Of a DNA stretch of 64,000 bases, positions 25,389-38,962 are shown in pieces. The stretch is from Octopus vulgaris (lineage: Eukaryota). How positions within the stretch are numbered: the stretch's first letter is position 1; each line of letters begins with the position of its first letter. The position numbers and the translations under genes are program-made. The stretch is from the NCBI GenBank assembly GCA_951406725.2, contig OX597819.1, positions 112,220,001-112,284,000 of the forward strand, read 5' to 3'. The notes beneath the pieces are model-generated. The model was given only the letters and a program-made list of their open reading frames with translations, did not search any database and was not told the origin of the DNA.

Positions 25389-25898
25389 ACTCTTCTTTCC
25401 ATTTACTGAAAGAAGTAAGTAGCAATGTAGAGTGTAGTTTTGGATGCTGTGTAACAGTCGGAATTTTGCATCTAGCTTACACTAGAAAATCAGGATAAAC
25501 TGGGATTTTATGGAGGTAACTCATACCATAAAAATGTACAGCCTGAGGGAAACAATCTCTACTCTATAGTCATATATGATGTAGTGGAAGAAGCAGTTAC
25601 AAAGGAGTAGAGGTAAATATGTTCCATGGAGGTTGACATAATGTAGTGGAGGTGAACATGGGGTAGAGAAGGTAGTGAAACATATGGGTTATGAAGCCAC
25701 ATCTGGGGAGGAAGGACAGAGGTAGCAAAAGTACAATCCTTAGACTGTGTTGTAGAAGAATAAAACTGTTGAGTACTAACTTCTATGCTGGAGTAGAAAC
25801 AACATGTTCTTTGTCTATCTCCTTAACTTCTTGGAGATTTTAGGTATAATTATACTAATGTGTCCATCTGTTCTAATTTAATTAAATTCTACGTCTTT

Positions 25899-25968
25899 GT
25901 GCAGCTGAAGATTGCTTTACATTGCATTGTTCAATTAAATGGAGTTGCATGAAACAATCGTACTGTAT
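25899..25968 (+). ncRNA. Hammerhead motif with extended stem II in a Penelope-like fragment (about 25840-26083)
   Basis: GUGCAG-CUGAAGA-long stem II-GAAA-CAAUC-GUA-CUGUAU. Confidence 0.7.
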
Positions 25969-26561
25969 TACCTCTGGATATCCTTGTTACTTATTTTGAT
26001 TTTAATCACCTTACTTTGAAATTGTATGGGTAATACCGTACTAAATTCTGGTGCCTCAACTTAAGTACCATATTCATTTGAATATATATATATATATATT
26101 GTGTTACTGTTATTCTCCTTGTCCTGTCTTTTACTGTTTTTATTTGTATTTTTACTGTCTTGTTTTGCTTTTACTGTCCTGTTCTTGTCATCACTTTTAC
26201 CCCTCCGCAAAAAATCTCAAATTTTATTTAATTTGCTTTGCGGGAAGGGCTGTTTCAATGAAGTCATGTCTCTACCGGAGTAGACAAAGCAGGGGCGACT
26301 GAAGAAGCGGAATTTTCCTTGTGTTGTATGTCTTGTACTATGTTTTTTCGTTGTTTAAAAAAATATCTGTTTCCATGGTTTTGTTTTTATGTTTTCGTTT
26401 CTCATTGTATTCAACCTTTTTTGGCGTCCTGTACCCATATATGCATGCATATATACATATAGATGTAGGTATGTACATATATGTATGTATATATGCATAT
26501 ATACATATAGATGTAGGTACGTACATATATGTATGTATATATGCATATGTTTTATCTATTT

Positions 26562-26598
<37 letters not shown>

Positions 26599-28889
26599 AG
26601 AAATGAATGTAAAAATACATTACTTAGGATATATCGTAAACAATTCAAAATTATTTACGAATATATCAGTGGCCAGAACATGCAATCAACAATTTATTTC
26701 ATCAAAGAAGAGTATATAATTATGAATAAATCATAATTATAACAGGGAGGTGTGTTTTTGTATTGATTTCTAAGTACAGGAATGTCTTTCTGAAGAGAAT
26801 GGATCCATTTTTGGTTCCTAACTTCGAAATTGCAGTAGAGGACTAATCTTTTACTTTTATTTAAATTTTAGTTTTTTGTCAAGTCACTTGCCGACAGTAT
26901 TTATAGTTGAGGAGATTAAATATGAGTGATTGTAGTGGCTTCATAGTAGTTTTGACTGCTATTTCTAGGCATGTAAGGGTTTTATAACCTGCTCCATTAT
27001 AAATGTGATTTACTCACAATTATATACTCTTGATGTATATATATAAATGGGGTGTGACAGAATAATAAGTTATACCAAATGACTATTTGACAAACAATAG
27101 AAGTATTTATGAAAAGAACAGTCAACTAAAATGAGCAAGTCACAATACTAGTGAGTACCACTTATGATAATGGCAGTCTGTTGGTTACGACGACAAGGGT
27201 TCTAGTTGCTGCAATCAATGGAACAGCCCACTCATGAAATTAATGTGCAAATGGCTGAGCACTCCTTAAACACACGTACTCTTAACATAGTTCTCGAGGA
27301 GATTCAACGTGACAGAGAGTATGATGAAGCTGAAATACAGGTACAACTGATTTTAGCCAGCTGAGGACTGGAGCAATGTGGAAATAAAGCTTTTTGCTCA
27401 CAGACCCAATCTGCTGCCAGGAATTGAACTCACGACCTTACAATTGTGAGGTGAATACTCTGACCACGAAGCCACACATCTTCACCACTTATGATATCCA
27501 ATAAGGAAATGAAAGCAAACTAGCAAGACATTATTAAAAACAGTGTAACTAAGGAAGCCAAACTTCACTGATATACCACTAGTTCTGAGCAGGACATCTG
27601 TTGAAAAGGATTTGAGATTACAGAATCCTATATAATCGTAAGGGCCTTGAGATCAAAGTGAAAGAGTGCTGAAACAAAACCTAACAATGATGACTTAAAC
27701 TCAGTATATTATTTATCTTTTTGACACTTATGTTCCACTTCAAGAGAAGCCTGAAGGAATTTAACAGAAAGATGTATTTGACAAGTTAGCCTCATCCATT
27801 ACTTCTTTCATCTTAATTTATTAAGCAACCAGGTGTGAGAATGTGTGTGTGTGTGAGAAAAGAGAAAGAGAGAGAGAGAAAAAGTGACAGTTTGTTGTGG
27901 CACATAAACATCAATTTGAGAGTTATAAATAAATGTGTCTTACCCTAAACAAGATCATCAAGAGTTCAATCTCAATAAAATGGGACTTACCTACAATAAA
28001 CAAAAAGAAATATTAATAATAGCAAGAACAACAACAAAAAATAATTATTGTTTTAAAATACACATAAAACCTGAAATTTTGAGGGCAGAGAACAGGAGAT
28101 TATATCAACACTAGCTGTTGACCAAAACTCTATTTTATTAAAACTGGAAGGATGGAAAGCAAATTTTATCTTGGTGAGATCTGAAGTCAGAACATAGTCA
28201 TAATTCAATATCACAAGGCATTCAGTCCAATGCTTCAATGATTTTGCCAGCCCTCAGCGACTGTCTTGCTCCCCCAAATTTCAAGCACAAGGCCTGAAAT
28301 TTGGGGGAGCAAAATGATAAATTAGATCAATCTGAGTTCCTGACTGGTACTTTATTAATCCAGAAAAATGAAAGCAAAATTGATAATAGGATTAGAAACA
28401 GCACATAAAACACCAGAACAAATACCACAAAGCATTTTGTAAGATGCTCAAAATATTTTTGTCAAATACAAGGCATCAATTTTTGTAAGGGCGAAAAAAG
28501 CAGTTGATTCTAACACCAATATTATTTAACTGAAGGATGAAAGGCAAAGGTAAAAAAAAATGTCACAAGGCATATACAATGCAAAACAAGTCATAGCAAA
28601 ATGTACAAAACTAGTGAGCAACCAGGTATGAGAATGTGTGTGATTCAGTCGCAAACACAACACAAAACCCTTAAATGTCAACTGGACAACCACTTACTAT
28701 ACTGGTGCTGCTCACCAGTGTAGGGTAATAAGGTGGAAACATTTGGTCATGTATAAAGAACCCTTGAACCCTCATCAGATGATTACTAACTCCTCTTTTT
28801 GCAGATACACAAAACAGACATCACTAGAGACTTTCCTCTTCAAGTCAGATTCACTAGACTACTCCACAATGAACATTGACAAAAGATAG

Positions 28890-29870
28890 GTCTGAATAAA
28901 TTGCAGAGGTGTCACAGCATAGATGGAAGTACAAGTGTTCTATGAACACGAGATGAAATAGTGGAGGATCTTGTTCCTCACAGGCAATGAACACAGGTAC
29001 AAGAAGTTCTGGGTGAGTAACAGTGTTGGGTTGGCTAGAGTAGACATTTTGCTAGCAGCGAAATGGATAGAATGACAGAAGTAGTTAGACAGGATAATTA
29101 AGCTTACAAAGTGACAGGCAGCATATTAGTTACAATTATCTTGGCTCATACATCTCAATTAGGACTGACAGATGAATAAAAGGACAGTTTCTATGGGGTC
29201 CTCTCGCAGACTTACTCAATAACTAACTATAGAAAGTTCATTATACTTGGAGACATACACAATAAGAAGGAGGAGGAGGTGGAGGAGGAGTGACAACAGC
29301 ATGCTGCAAACAAGAGATCAGGTCTGTAACTAGAGTATGGTTCCATCATTTAGAAGGGGACATGGTGGTGGAATGGTACAAAGTGGTGGTGGAATGGTAC
29401 ACTGTTAAATGGTGGTGGAATGGTACACTGTTAAAGTTAAAGGACAAGCTTGGTTTGATAAGACTGAAGGAAAACAGGGAAGCAAAGAAAAAGAGACCCT
29501 ATATGCCATGGCAGGAAATGGAAAGTACAATGTCTGCCAATGCTCTGTGACAAGAATATCAAAGATGTGAGGTGTTCCAGAGCATCAGCCAAGCATGTGG
29601 GGAACCAAAATATTAGTGAGGAGAAATATGTACCAAATGATAGCAGTGCACCCATTTTCACTGACGCAAAGGATAAAGAGGCAAAGGAGTACCATTACAA
29701 TAAATCCACATTGTGTGGGAAAGAGAGGGACTACACTAAGTGAACCCAATAGAGGGACCAGGACCAGCTATTAAAGTTGACAGATGTTAGGGATCTGAAA
29801 CCAAAGCAAGAAGCTGGAGATGCTAAAAATACCTGATGAAGTAAGACATGAATCAGTCATTTGTTTTATC
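28890..29870 (+). pseudogene. Highly degenerate RTE LINE fragment (APE endonuclease and linker)
   Basis: Remnants FLTGNEHRYKKFWVSNS...ILLAAKWIE, WWWN and EEKYVPND; many stops. Confidence 0.65.
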
Positions 29871-29965
29871 AATCAAGTAATACATATCTATGACTGATGT
29901 ATGGCATCAACAGCATCTACAAGAAGGGCAAAGAAACTCTATAATAAAGCAACTAACATATAAAA

Positions 29966-30009
<44 letters not shown>

Positions 30010-30010
<1 letters not shown>

Positions 30011-30407
30011 TCTTTATTCTTTTATTTGTTTCAGTAATTTGAGTGCAGCCATGCTCGAGCACTGCCTTTAGTCAAACAAATCGACCCCAGGACTTATTCT
30101 TTGTAAGCCTAGTACTTATTCTATCAGTCTCTTTTGCCAAACCACTAAGTAATGGGGATGTAAACACACCAACATTGGTTGTCAAACGATGGGGGGGGGG
30201 GGGGGGCAAACACAGATGCACAAACATATATACATATATATATATATATGACAAGCTTCTTTCAGCTTCCGTCTAACAAATCCACAAGCAAGGTTTTGAT
30301 CAGCCTGAGGCTATAGTAGAAAACACTTTCCCAAAGTGCCACGCAGTGGGACTGAACCCAGCACCATGTGGTTGGTTAGCAAGCTACTTACCACACAGCC
30401 ACTCCTG
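30010..30407 (-). mobile_element. Full-length SINE family B
   Basis: Matches 6769-7223. Confidence 0.85.
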
Positions 30408-30429
30408 TACTTTTTATGTATATATATAT

Positions 30430-30701
30430 AAGTTCAGCAAAAATTTAGATTCAAATGAATATGGTACTTAATTTAGATGCACCAGAATTTTGTATGGTGT
30501 TATCCATAAAAATCCGTGGGGTGATTATAATCAAAATAAGCAACAAGAATGACTCCGGTAATTGGGTACGATCGTTTCATACTACATCATTTTATTAAAT
30601 GTTGTAAGTATTACAACAGATTTAAGATGCTGAGTACTCATCAGCCAATACGAAACGATCGTACCAAATTACTGGAGTCATTCTTGTTGCTTATTTTGAT
30701 T
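30430..30701 (-). mobile_element. Penelope-like fold-back element
   Basis: About 50-bp inverted arms 30529-30578 / 30652-30701; downstream flank homologous to 25975-26083. Confidence 0.7.
30561..30649 (-). ncRNA. Hammerhead with intact core and very long stem II
   Basis: AUUGG-CUGAUGA-GUAC..CAUC-UUAAAU-C-UGUUGUAA(UAC)UUACAACA-UUUAA..GAUG..GUAU-GAAA-CGAUC-GUA-CCCAAU. Confidence 0.8.
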
Positions 30702-30900
30702 ACACGTCCAGACCTTTCATACGCACTACATACTCTCTCATACACACACACACCCTTATGTTGGGGCGTGGTCATTTGACCCTGTTATCTCCCCTATTTT
30801 CGCTCTTGCGTCTCACGTTTGATCTTTGACTTCTGGCCGGAATCAGATCGCCATGTTGATTCGCTAGCTTCTGCACGCATTTTTTCTCTCTCCTTGTTTC

Positions 30901-31748
30901 AAATCAAATCAAATCAAAATAGATGAACATCAATGGAATTTGTATCTTGTGGTACCAGTGCCGGTGGCACACAAGAGAAAACCATCCGAACGTGGCCGTA
31001 GCCAGTACCGCATCGACTGGCCTCCGTGCTGTGGGCACGCAACAAACACCATCCGATCGTGGCCGTTCGCCAGCCTCATCTGGCACCTGTGTCGGTGGCA
31101 CATAAAAACACCATCCGAAGACCCGGCAAGACTAGTCAGGCCATAACCCGTGGCCCCTACCTGGGACGTAGTCAGTCCACCTGTGCATACCTTCCTTCTT
31201 GTGACACTTGTGAAGACCTGTTGAGGCAAGTGAAAATCAAATCAAATCAAAACAAATCAAAATAGATGAACATCAATGGAATTTGTATCTTTGTGGTACC
31301 AGTGCCGGTGGCACACAAGAAAATCATCCGAACGTGGCCGTAGCCAGTACCGCATAGACTGGCCTCCGTGCTTTGGGGATGTAACAAACACCATCCGATC
31401 GTGGCCGTCCGCCAGCCTCATCTGGCACCTGTGTCGGTGGCACATAAAAACACCATCCGAGCGTGGCCGTCTGCCAGCCTCGTCTGGCACCTGTGTCGGT
31501 GGCACATAAAAACACCATCCGAGCGTGGCCGTTCGCCAGCCTCGTCTGGCACCTGTGTCGGTGGCACATAAAATCACCCACTACACTCTCGGAGTGGTTG
31601 GCGTTAGGAAGGGCATCCAGCTGTAGAAACACTGCCAGATCTGACTGGCCTGGTGCAGCCTTCGGGCTCCCCAGACCCCAGTTGAACCGTCCAACCCATG
31701 CTAGCATGGAAAACGGACGCTAAATGATGATGATGATGATGATGATGA
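30901..31748 (+). mobile_element. RTE 3' UTR insertion with partial head duplication, inside a Penelope-like fragment
   Basis: tgtttc duplicated at 30895-30900 and 31749-31754; host sequence is contiguous in the copy at 18963-19172. Confidence 0.85.
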
Positions 31749-32350
31749 TGTTTCTCTCCGTGTATCTTTTCTGTGTATCTTTCTGTTGAAGAGCGTAGGC
31801 TCGAAACGTAAAAGACTTGTTTTATTTATATTCCTGAGCGCCATACTAATACAATTGTTTGTTTGTATTCCACCTGCCTTCGTCTTTTGTTTATTTTCAT
31901 AAAGCTTCCCGTTATATATATATATATATATATATATATGCATATATATATGCATGCATGTATGAGTATGTATACATACATATGCGTATATACATAAGTG
32001 AATATATAGATACATATGTGAATGTACACACACACACACACACACATCATAACAGGCTGATTAGTTCCACACAGAAGTTTTGTAAGTCCAGAATGTACCC
32101 CCAACCTCAGCTATTGAAGTCACTTCATATGTGTCTGTCTTGGTGCATGGGCATGTTTTGCTGCTAGTAACCAACCAAGTGACGAGGAGTCAAACCAGCC
32201 TATGATTAGATACTCACAACAGCACAGCAACTAAGTGTACTGAGTGGTACTCTCTTTGTTGATTCATCCACCCAGTTGAACAGGGAGATAGATGGATGGA
32301 TGGATGAATGCATTGATAAACAAAAGCATACATGCATGCACTCACACATA

Positions 32351-32388
<38 letters not shown>

Positions 32389-32509
32389 TTTACACACATA
32401 CACATTTATTTATATATAACCATGTGTATAAGGTTTCTAATGTGTATACAAACAGAACAGTGCCAGCGATAATATTTTGTCTCAGAGAAACTTCTCAAAG
32501 AGACTTGTA

Positions 32510-32514
32510 TGTTT

Positions 32515-32553
<39 letters not shown>

Positions 32554-32681
32554 CTACGTACATACATATATATGTACACATGCATATATATATATATATA
32601 TATATAAAAATAAATATATATATATATTTCTACGTACATACATATATATGTATACATGCATATAAATATATATATATAAAA

Positions 32682-32750
<69 letters not shown>

Positions 32751-32920
32751 TATATATATATAAATATATATATATATGTATATATATAAATAAATGTATA
32801 TATATATTTCTACGTACATACATATATATGTATACATGTATATAAATATATATATATTTCTACATATATACATATAAATGTACACATGCATATATATATA
32901 TATATATATATACATATGCA
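32510..32920. repeat. (TA)n with a higher-order unit (tttctacgtacatacatatatatgta)
   Basis: Unit recurs near 32551, 32627, 32807 and 32857. Confidence 0.9.
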
Positions 32921-33204
32921 CACAAACACATGTGTTCATGTACATGTTAATAGAACTGCAAGAACAAGAAACCAACAAAGGAAGGCATAACTAACAACAT
33001 AAAATCAATATTATTCTCTAAAAATATTTTAAAGGAAGCAAAAGCAAACGAGTTTATGAAAAACAAGAAGAAATGGGAGACGAAAGAAAAAGATTATTGG
33101 GACAAAGTAAAGAAAATAGAGAACTGATCAAGCTGCTAAAATATCTTTGTTTCTCACTCCCCGAAATAGACTGATGAGGATGATACCACTGCTACAACTA
33201 CAGA

Positions 33205-33206
33205 TG

Positions 33207-33252
<46 letters not shown>

Positions 33253-33330
33253 TAATAATAATGATAATAATAATAATGATGATAATGATGATAATAATAA
33301 TAATAATAATGATAATAATGATAATAATAA
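33205..33330. repeat. (AAT/GAT)n microsatellite
   Basis: Seen directly in the sequence. Confidence 0.95.
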
Positions 33331-33459
33331 CCAGAGCTGAAAAGGGAAAAGAAAATTACAACAGAAACAGATCATTTGCGCAAAGAGGAATCTATAGAAA
33401 AGAGATGCTTTGTCAATATTTTTCTATACGCACAAACTCAAGCATACACACACGCATGC

Positions 33460-33531
<72 letters not shown>

Positions 33532-34391
33532 TCGTATATGTGCGAGAGAGAGAAAGGGAGGAAGAGACAATGATGATGAGGATGATGATGAAGATCTTAA
33601 ATGATTAAGAGTACTATTCAATAAAATATTCAATACATTTTAAAATGTAGATCATGCATGTGTGTGTGTGTGTGTTTGTGTGTGTGAGTGTTTGTGTGTG
33701 CGTGTGTGTGTATGTGTGTGTTGATGGGGAATGTCTTCTTAGATGAGCTTTTAAATTCTTAAAACAAACATTAGTTAATAATAGGTGCCTAAATAGATTA
33801 GTAGACAGAGCTATAGAAACAATGCACGAAAAGAAATTCACCCACACAGAGATAGAACAGGTGATAAGTACACACTAACCATGTGGATGGTATACTGCAT
33901 GAACCAAATACATGCTAGTTACAGAATCAATGAATTAAATCATTAAAAAAAAAAACCTCTTAAAAACACAAATGTTACACCTAACTGCAAACTCAAAGTT
34001 AAGATATATAAGCAAAACACTAAAATGAAAACCTTTCTTATCAGCATGAAACTACAAACTGGCAAGCCACAGAACAGCCATATTTGATGGCATGAAAAAT
34101 GCACAGGCATATTAGAAGCTTCCCAGTTTCAACAGGAAAATATAGATTTTATAAGTAAAGCTTATAGCAGGTCTAGGTTTGAATGAAGACCCAAGCTGGC
34201 TTTTGGAGATATTTTCCAAGAGGAAAAAGTGCATTGTATATGCCATCAAATATGGTACAGCAGATGAACAATGTTATATACAAATTTTAATGTAAATATG
34301 AATGAAGTAATGTTTAAAATTCAAACTGTTACATCAGACATACAAGAACAACACATTGACATTTACAACAGAGAGCTACTGGAACACATAA

Positions 34392-34778
34392 TTCTTTCTA
34401 CTAGAAGCACAAGGCCTGAAATTTTGTGGAAAGGTGTGGTCAATTACATCGACCCCAAAGCTCAAAGGACAAATGGCAACGATGACCTTGGCAGAGTATG
34501 GAATCAGAAAGTAAAGGGAGAAGAAATACTGTAAAGCATTTTCCGGACACGTTCAGGATTCTGCCAGCTTGCCGCCTTAAGGAACACATTATAATACAAT
34601 GCAGGAAATAATCTTTTCTACTCTAGGTACAAGGTCCGAAATTTTGAGGGCGGGGCCAGCCAATTAGATTAACTCCAAAGTATGCAACTAGTAATTAATT
34701 TATTGACCCCGAAAGGATGAAAGGCAGTCGACCTTGGTGGAATTTTAACTCAGAACGTAAAAACAGCTGAAATACTGC
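34392..34778 (-). mobile_element. Two older SINE family A copies
   Basis: gcacaaggcctgaaatttt tail and gaaaggatgaaaggca body. Confidence 0.7.
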
Positions 34779-36486
34779 ACAATGCAGGAAATAATAAATC
34801 ATTAGTTGACAACACTATTTCTCTATATAGAATGTCATAAAAAAAAAAGATAAAAGTTGCTCCAATTCTGAGAAATACTACCTGTGATAGACTGATGTTC
34901 TGACCAGGGGGAGTTTTATCACTCATCCCTTAATGTGGTGGAAACTAGTAACACGTATCAGATCTATAGATAATTGTGATTTAGAAAAGGATTAGATTTA
35001 ACAATATACTTTAAATCCAATAAAAATATCACCACAAACATCAGTGGTGGAGCTTCTACAGTGACAATTTAACTGCTAGAAATAGTAACTAAACCTCCTT
35101 CAAATCATATTTGTTTGCCTTAAATAAGGACACATCAGACAATGTAATTACTGATATACAAAATAGACAAGACAGTCATGGATGAAATGCCTTTGATCAT
35201 AATTATGCTCTATCATGGCCTTATCTGGGGTTAAATAACTTCAATTTTTATTTTACAAAAAGTACCAGTTATATACAAGGGTTGATTCAACCCAGTGTAT
35301 GACTTTCTTATAAATGTGTAACTTTGAGATAATGCAAGAAATTAATATAATTGCGGAGATGTACTTGCATAGCAAGTGACCTGATCTGAGATCGTGTGCT
35401 GGAATGAAAACAATTGCAGTGTGGAAGGAGTTTATATAAGCCATTTAAGAAACACACAAAAACTGTTAGATTCACTTCAACATTTAAATTTAATTTGCCC
35501 AAATATTTTTGTTGTTTATAATTGCTTTTAGCAATAACAGCAGTGGAATCATACATGCAATATCATCCCTTTACATTATGAACACCAATCTCAGCCTTCA
35601 AATATCAACAAAACTAAGAACCAATTAAGTCTTCAAGACTGTTGAATTTTATGCCATCACTGGAACAAATTATCAGATGGCTTTTCTCTTAATTGATGGT
35701 CAAGTACCCAGTCCTCTTTACATAAAGAAACAGATTGATCTTGACCACAACATTCCTAAGGGCTATTAACAAGTCTTGTGTGGGAATAAGATCCTCAGAT
35801 GGTCGAAATCAGAAAGATACAAATTGTATTGATGTCTTGATTGCTTCTACTTGATGGTGAGCTTATGTTGCTGGCAATAAAGCAGACTTCTTAACATGTA
35901 AGGCGTGTGCTTAACAAGCTTCAAATCATTTCAAATTCAAGTATTTCAAAGTTAACAAGGTTGGCCTTCTTTAGTGCATGTGCTGAGAGCATTCTCCAAT
36001 ATGGAGCTGAAACCTGAACTATGAAGAAAGAGCTTCAAAATTACCTTGATGGCACACACACTAACGATTCAAAACATTTCGTGGTATAAGCACAAGACTA
36101 AAAAAAGATTTCAATACACATTCCATCCATCTCTATCATTGTGATTCAACACAGAGTAAATGTTGCTGGCCACTGCTATTGTGATGACCAAAAGCCATAG
36201 CAAATGATATACTTTGTAGATTTCTGCCCTCTAATAGAGAATGAAGACCATTCACCTACATTGATGTTATTAGTAGAGACAAAAAGGAAACTGAAAGACA
36301 ACCAAAATTAACGAGAGAACAGAGATTCTTGCTGCGATGTCATGAAACACATCTTGGTTGTGGCCACTTGAAGAGGGCTATATTCACCTGCTCCTCTCTC
36401 TTAAAATTTAAGGTCTTGTACCTATAGTACAGGGGTAACCAAATTAATAGCATACTTGGTAAAATGCTTGATGGTATTTAGTTATT

Positions 36487-36968
36487 TTGTTTCCGCCACA
36501 TTAAGGGATGAGTGATAAAACTCCCCCTGGTCAGAACATCAGTCTATCACAGGCGCAGCGAGCTGGCAGAAACGTTAGCATGCCAGACGAAATGCTTAGC
36601 GGTATTTCGCCTGCTGCTATGTTCTGAGTTCAAATTCCGCCGAGGTCGATTTTGCCTTTCATCCTTTCGAGGTTGATTAAATAAGTACCAGTTACGCTCT
36701 GGGGTCAATATAATCGACGTAATCCGTTTGTCTGTCCTTGTTTGTCCTCTCTGTGTTTAGCCCCTTGTGGGTAATAAAGAAATAGGTATTTCGTCTGTCC
36801 TTACATTTTGAGTTCAAATTCTGCCAAGGTCGACTTTGCCTTTCATCCTTTCGGGGTTGATAAATTAAGTACCAGTTACACACTGGGGTCAATGTAATCA
36901 ACTTAATCCCTTTGTCTGTCCTTGTTTGTCCTCTCTGTGTTAAGCTCCTTGTGGGTAGTAAAGAAATA
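36487..36968 (+). mobile_element. Dimeric SINE A with a captured 65-bp 5' extension and 14-bp TSD
   Basis: TSD ggtatttagttatt at 36473-36486 and 36969-36982. Confidence 0.9.
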
Positions 36969-37634
36969 GGTATTTAGTTATTCTCTCTTTACATTTAGAT
37001 TTCTAATGCTGTCAACTTTGACATCACCTTTCATCCACTTCTGTGGGACAAAACAAACATCAGCAAAAGATTAGCTCATGATTCTATATGTTATCAGCTA
37101 CGAAAGTGATACAGTGAAGTAGAATATTGGTGACTAGATTGCAGACATAGATCTATCGCTTTGTTATGAACATGGTGTTTTCCATTGTTAGAATGTGTGG
37201 ATACTGTTGTGACTCTAGCTATTGTATCTACTCTAGTTGCTACGACATTTTCTTGGTATCAGATACAGTGTATCTCTTCTATACCAGAATGGTAATACAC
37301 TGCTTCATCTATCACACTATCATTGATAGCTCTGCAAGACACTGAATTTGAACTGTCTACCTTTACTGTGACTCAAATTCGACTGTAACATGTAACTGAC
37401 ACTTAACTCCAACTGAGAACTCATACAATGACTGATATAAGACTCACCCTACTGGTTGTACCAATTCCACTTTGTCATTCCCCTAAAGAAACAAAAATTG
37501 GTCAGATAACATAAATGACTGACCCCACTAAATGGCTGAGTATTCCATAGATACTTCCAACAAAAATGAAGTACAGTAAGGAGTGAATGAAGAAATTAAG
37601 AGATATTATATGAGTATACATTAATAAAGTATAA

Positions 37635-37805
37635 GCGTAGGTACAGACATGGTAGTGTGGTTAAGAAGTTTCCTTCCCAACCATGTCGTCTCAGGTTCAA
37701 TATCACTACAGCACCTTGGGCAAGTGTCTTTAATTCTAACTCCAGGTCAACCAAAACATTGTGAAAAGGTTTGGTAGACAGAATCTGAAAGAAGCCTGTT
37801 ACATA

Positions 37806-37850
<45 letters not shown>

Positions 37851-38145
37851 GTGTGTGCATGTGTGTGTGTGTACACTCTTGTCCTGGTATCATGTGATGG
37901 TTGTAAATCAGCATCACCATCATACAAGTGGGGTTGTTCATTATTTCTAGTCTTCCATGTTAAGTATGTCTGGTCATGGGGAAATACCACCTTTTCTCGA
38001 AACAGACAAGGGCTGGTGGTGAGAAGGGAATCCAGCAGGAAAAAAACCTGCCATAACAACAAATAACAGGTTCTGTGTAACCCTTGCAGGCATGGAAAAG
38101 TGGTCACTGATGATGATGATGATGATGATGCTGATGATGATGATG
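37635..38145 (+). mobile_element. SINE B head and body with an RTE-type tail
   Basis: Head as in family B; ends agaagggaatccagc...gcatggaaaagtgg-(TGA)n. Confidence 0.65.
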
Positions 38146-38299
38146 ATGAAGTGAATTAAAATAAACCCATTGGCAGGCAGGGTTGATAGTTTCATCTTTC
38201 AGTCAGTCAGTACACTGAACACCTTCCACTATAGTACAGGTAAATTATTAATTATTAAAGCAGAAAGCTCTTGAAACAGGATGTCAGATGTTGTGGTTC

Positions 38300-38962
38300 A
38301 GAGAGAGAGAGGCAGGGAGAGAGTTAGAGAGAGAGAATGAGAGAGGGAAGAAATGAGAGAATGAGCTAGAGAGAGGGAGGAAATGAGAGAGAGAGTTAGA
38401 GAGAAGGAATGGGAGAGAGAGAATTAGAGAGAGGGAATGAGAGAGGGAAGAAATGAGAGAGTGAGTTAGAAAGAGGGGGGAATGAGAGAGTTAGAGAGAA
38501 GGAAAGAGAGAGAGGTAGAGAGGGGGAATTGGAGAGAGAGAGAGGGAAGAAATGAGAGAGTGAGTTAGAAAGAGGGGGAAATGAGAGAGTTAGAGAGAAG
38601 GAAAAAGAGAGAGGTAGAGAGAGAGAATTGGAGAGAGAGAGGGAAGAAATGAGAGAGTGAGTTAGAAAGAGGGAGGAATGAGAGAGAGGGGGAAAGAGAG
38701 AGAGAGGGAATGGGAGAGAGTTAGAGAGAGGGAATGAGAAGGGATTTAGAGAGAGGGAATAAGGAAGAAAGGATTAGAAAGAAAATGAGAGAGAGAGAGG
38801 GGAAATGAGAGAAAGACAGTAAGGGGGAATGAGAGGGAGAGAGAAAGTGAAAGGGAATGAGAGTCAATAAGAGTTAGAGAAAGGGAAAGAGAGATAGGGA
38901 GAGAAGGAATGAGAGACAGAGAGAGAAAGAGAGAGAGAGAGAGTTAGAGAGAGAAAGAGAGG
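38300..38962. repeat. Polypurine (GA-rich) tract with an internal unit of about 100 bp
   Basis: gagggaagaaatgagagagtgagttagaaagaggg recurs near 38443, 38542 and 38639. Confidence 0.9.

Noticed and set aside
31389-31575. Pistol or HDV ribozyme in the 62-bp unit
   Set aside because: Superficial similarity only; the pistol P2 stem and the HDV P1/P1.1 partners could not be found.
37080-37470. Possible LTR-retrotransposon primer-binding site and leader on the minus strand
   Set aside because: No adjacent LTR or gag/pol similarity is recognisable.
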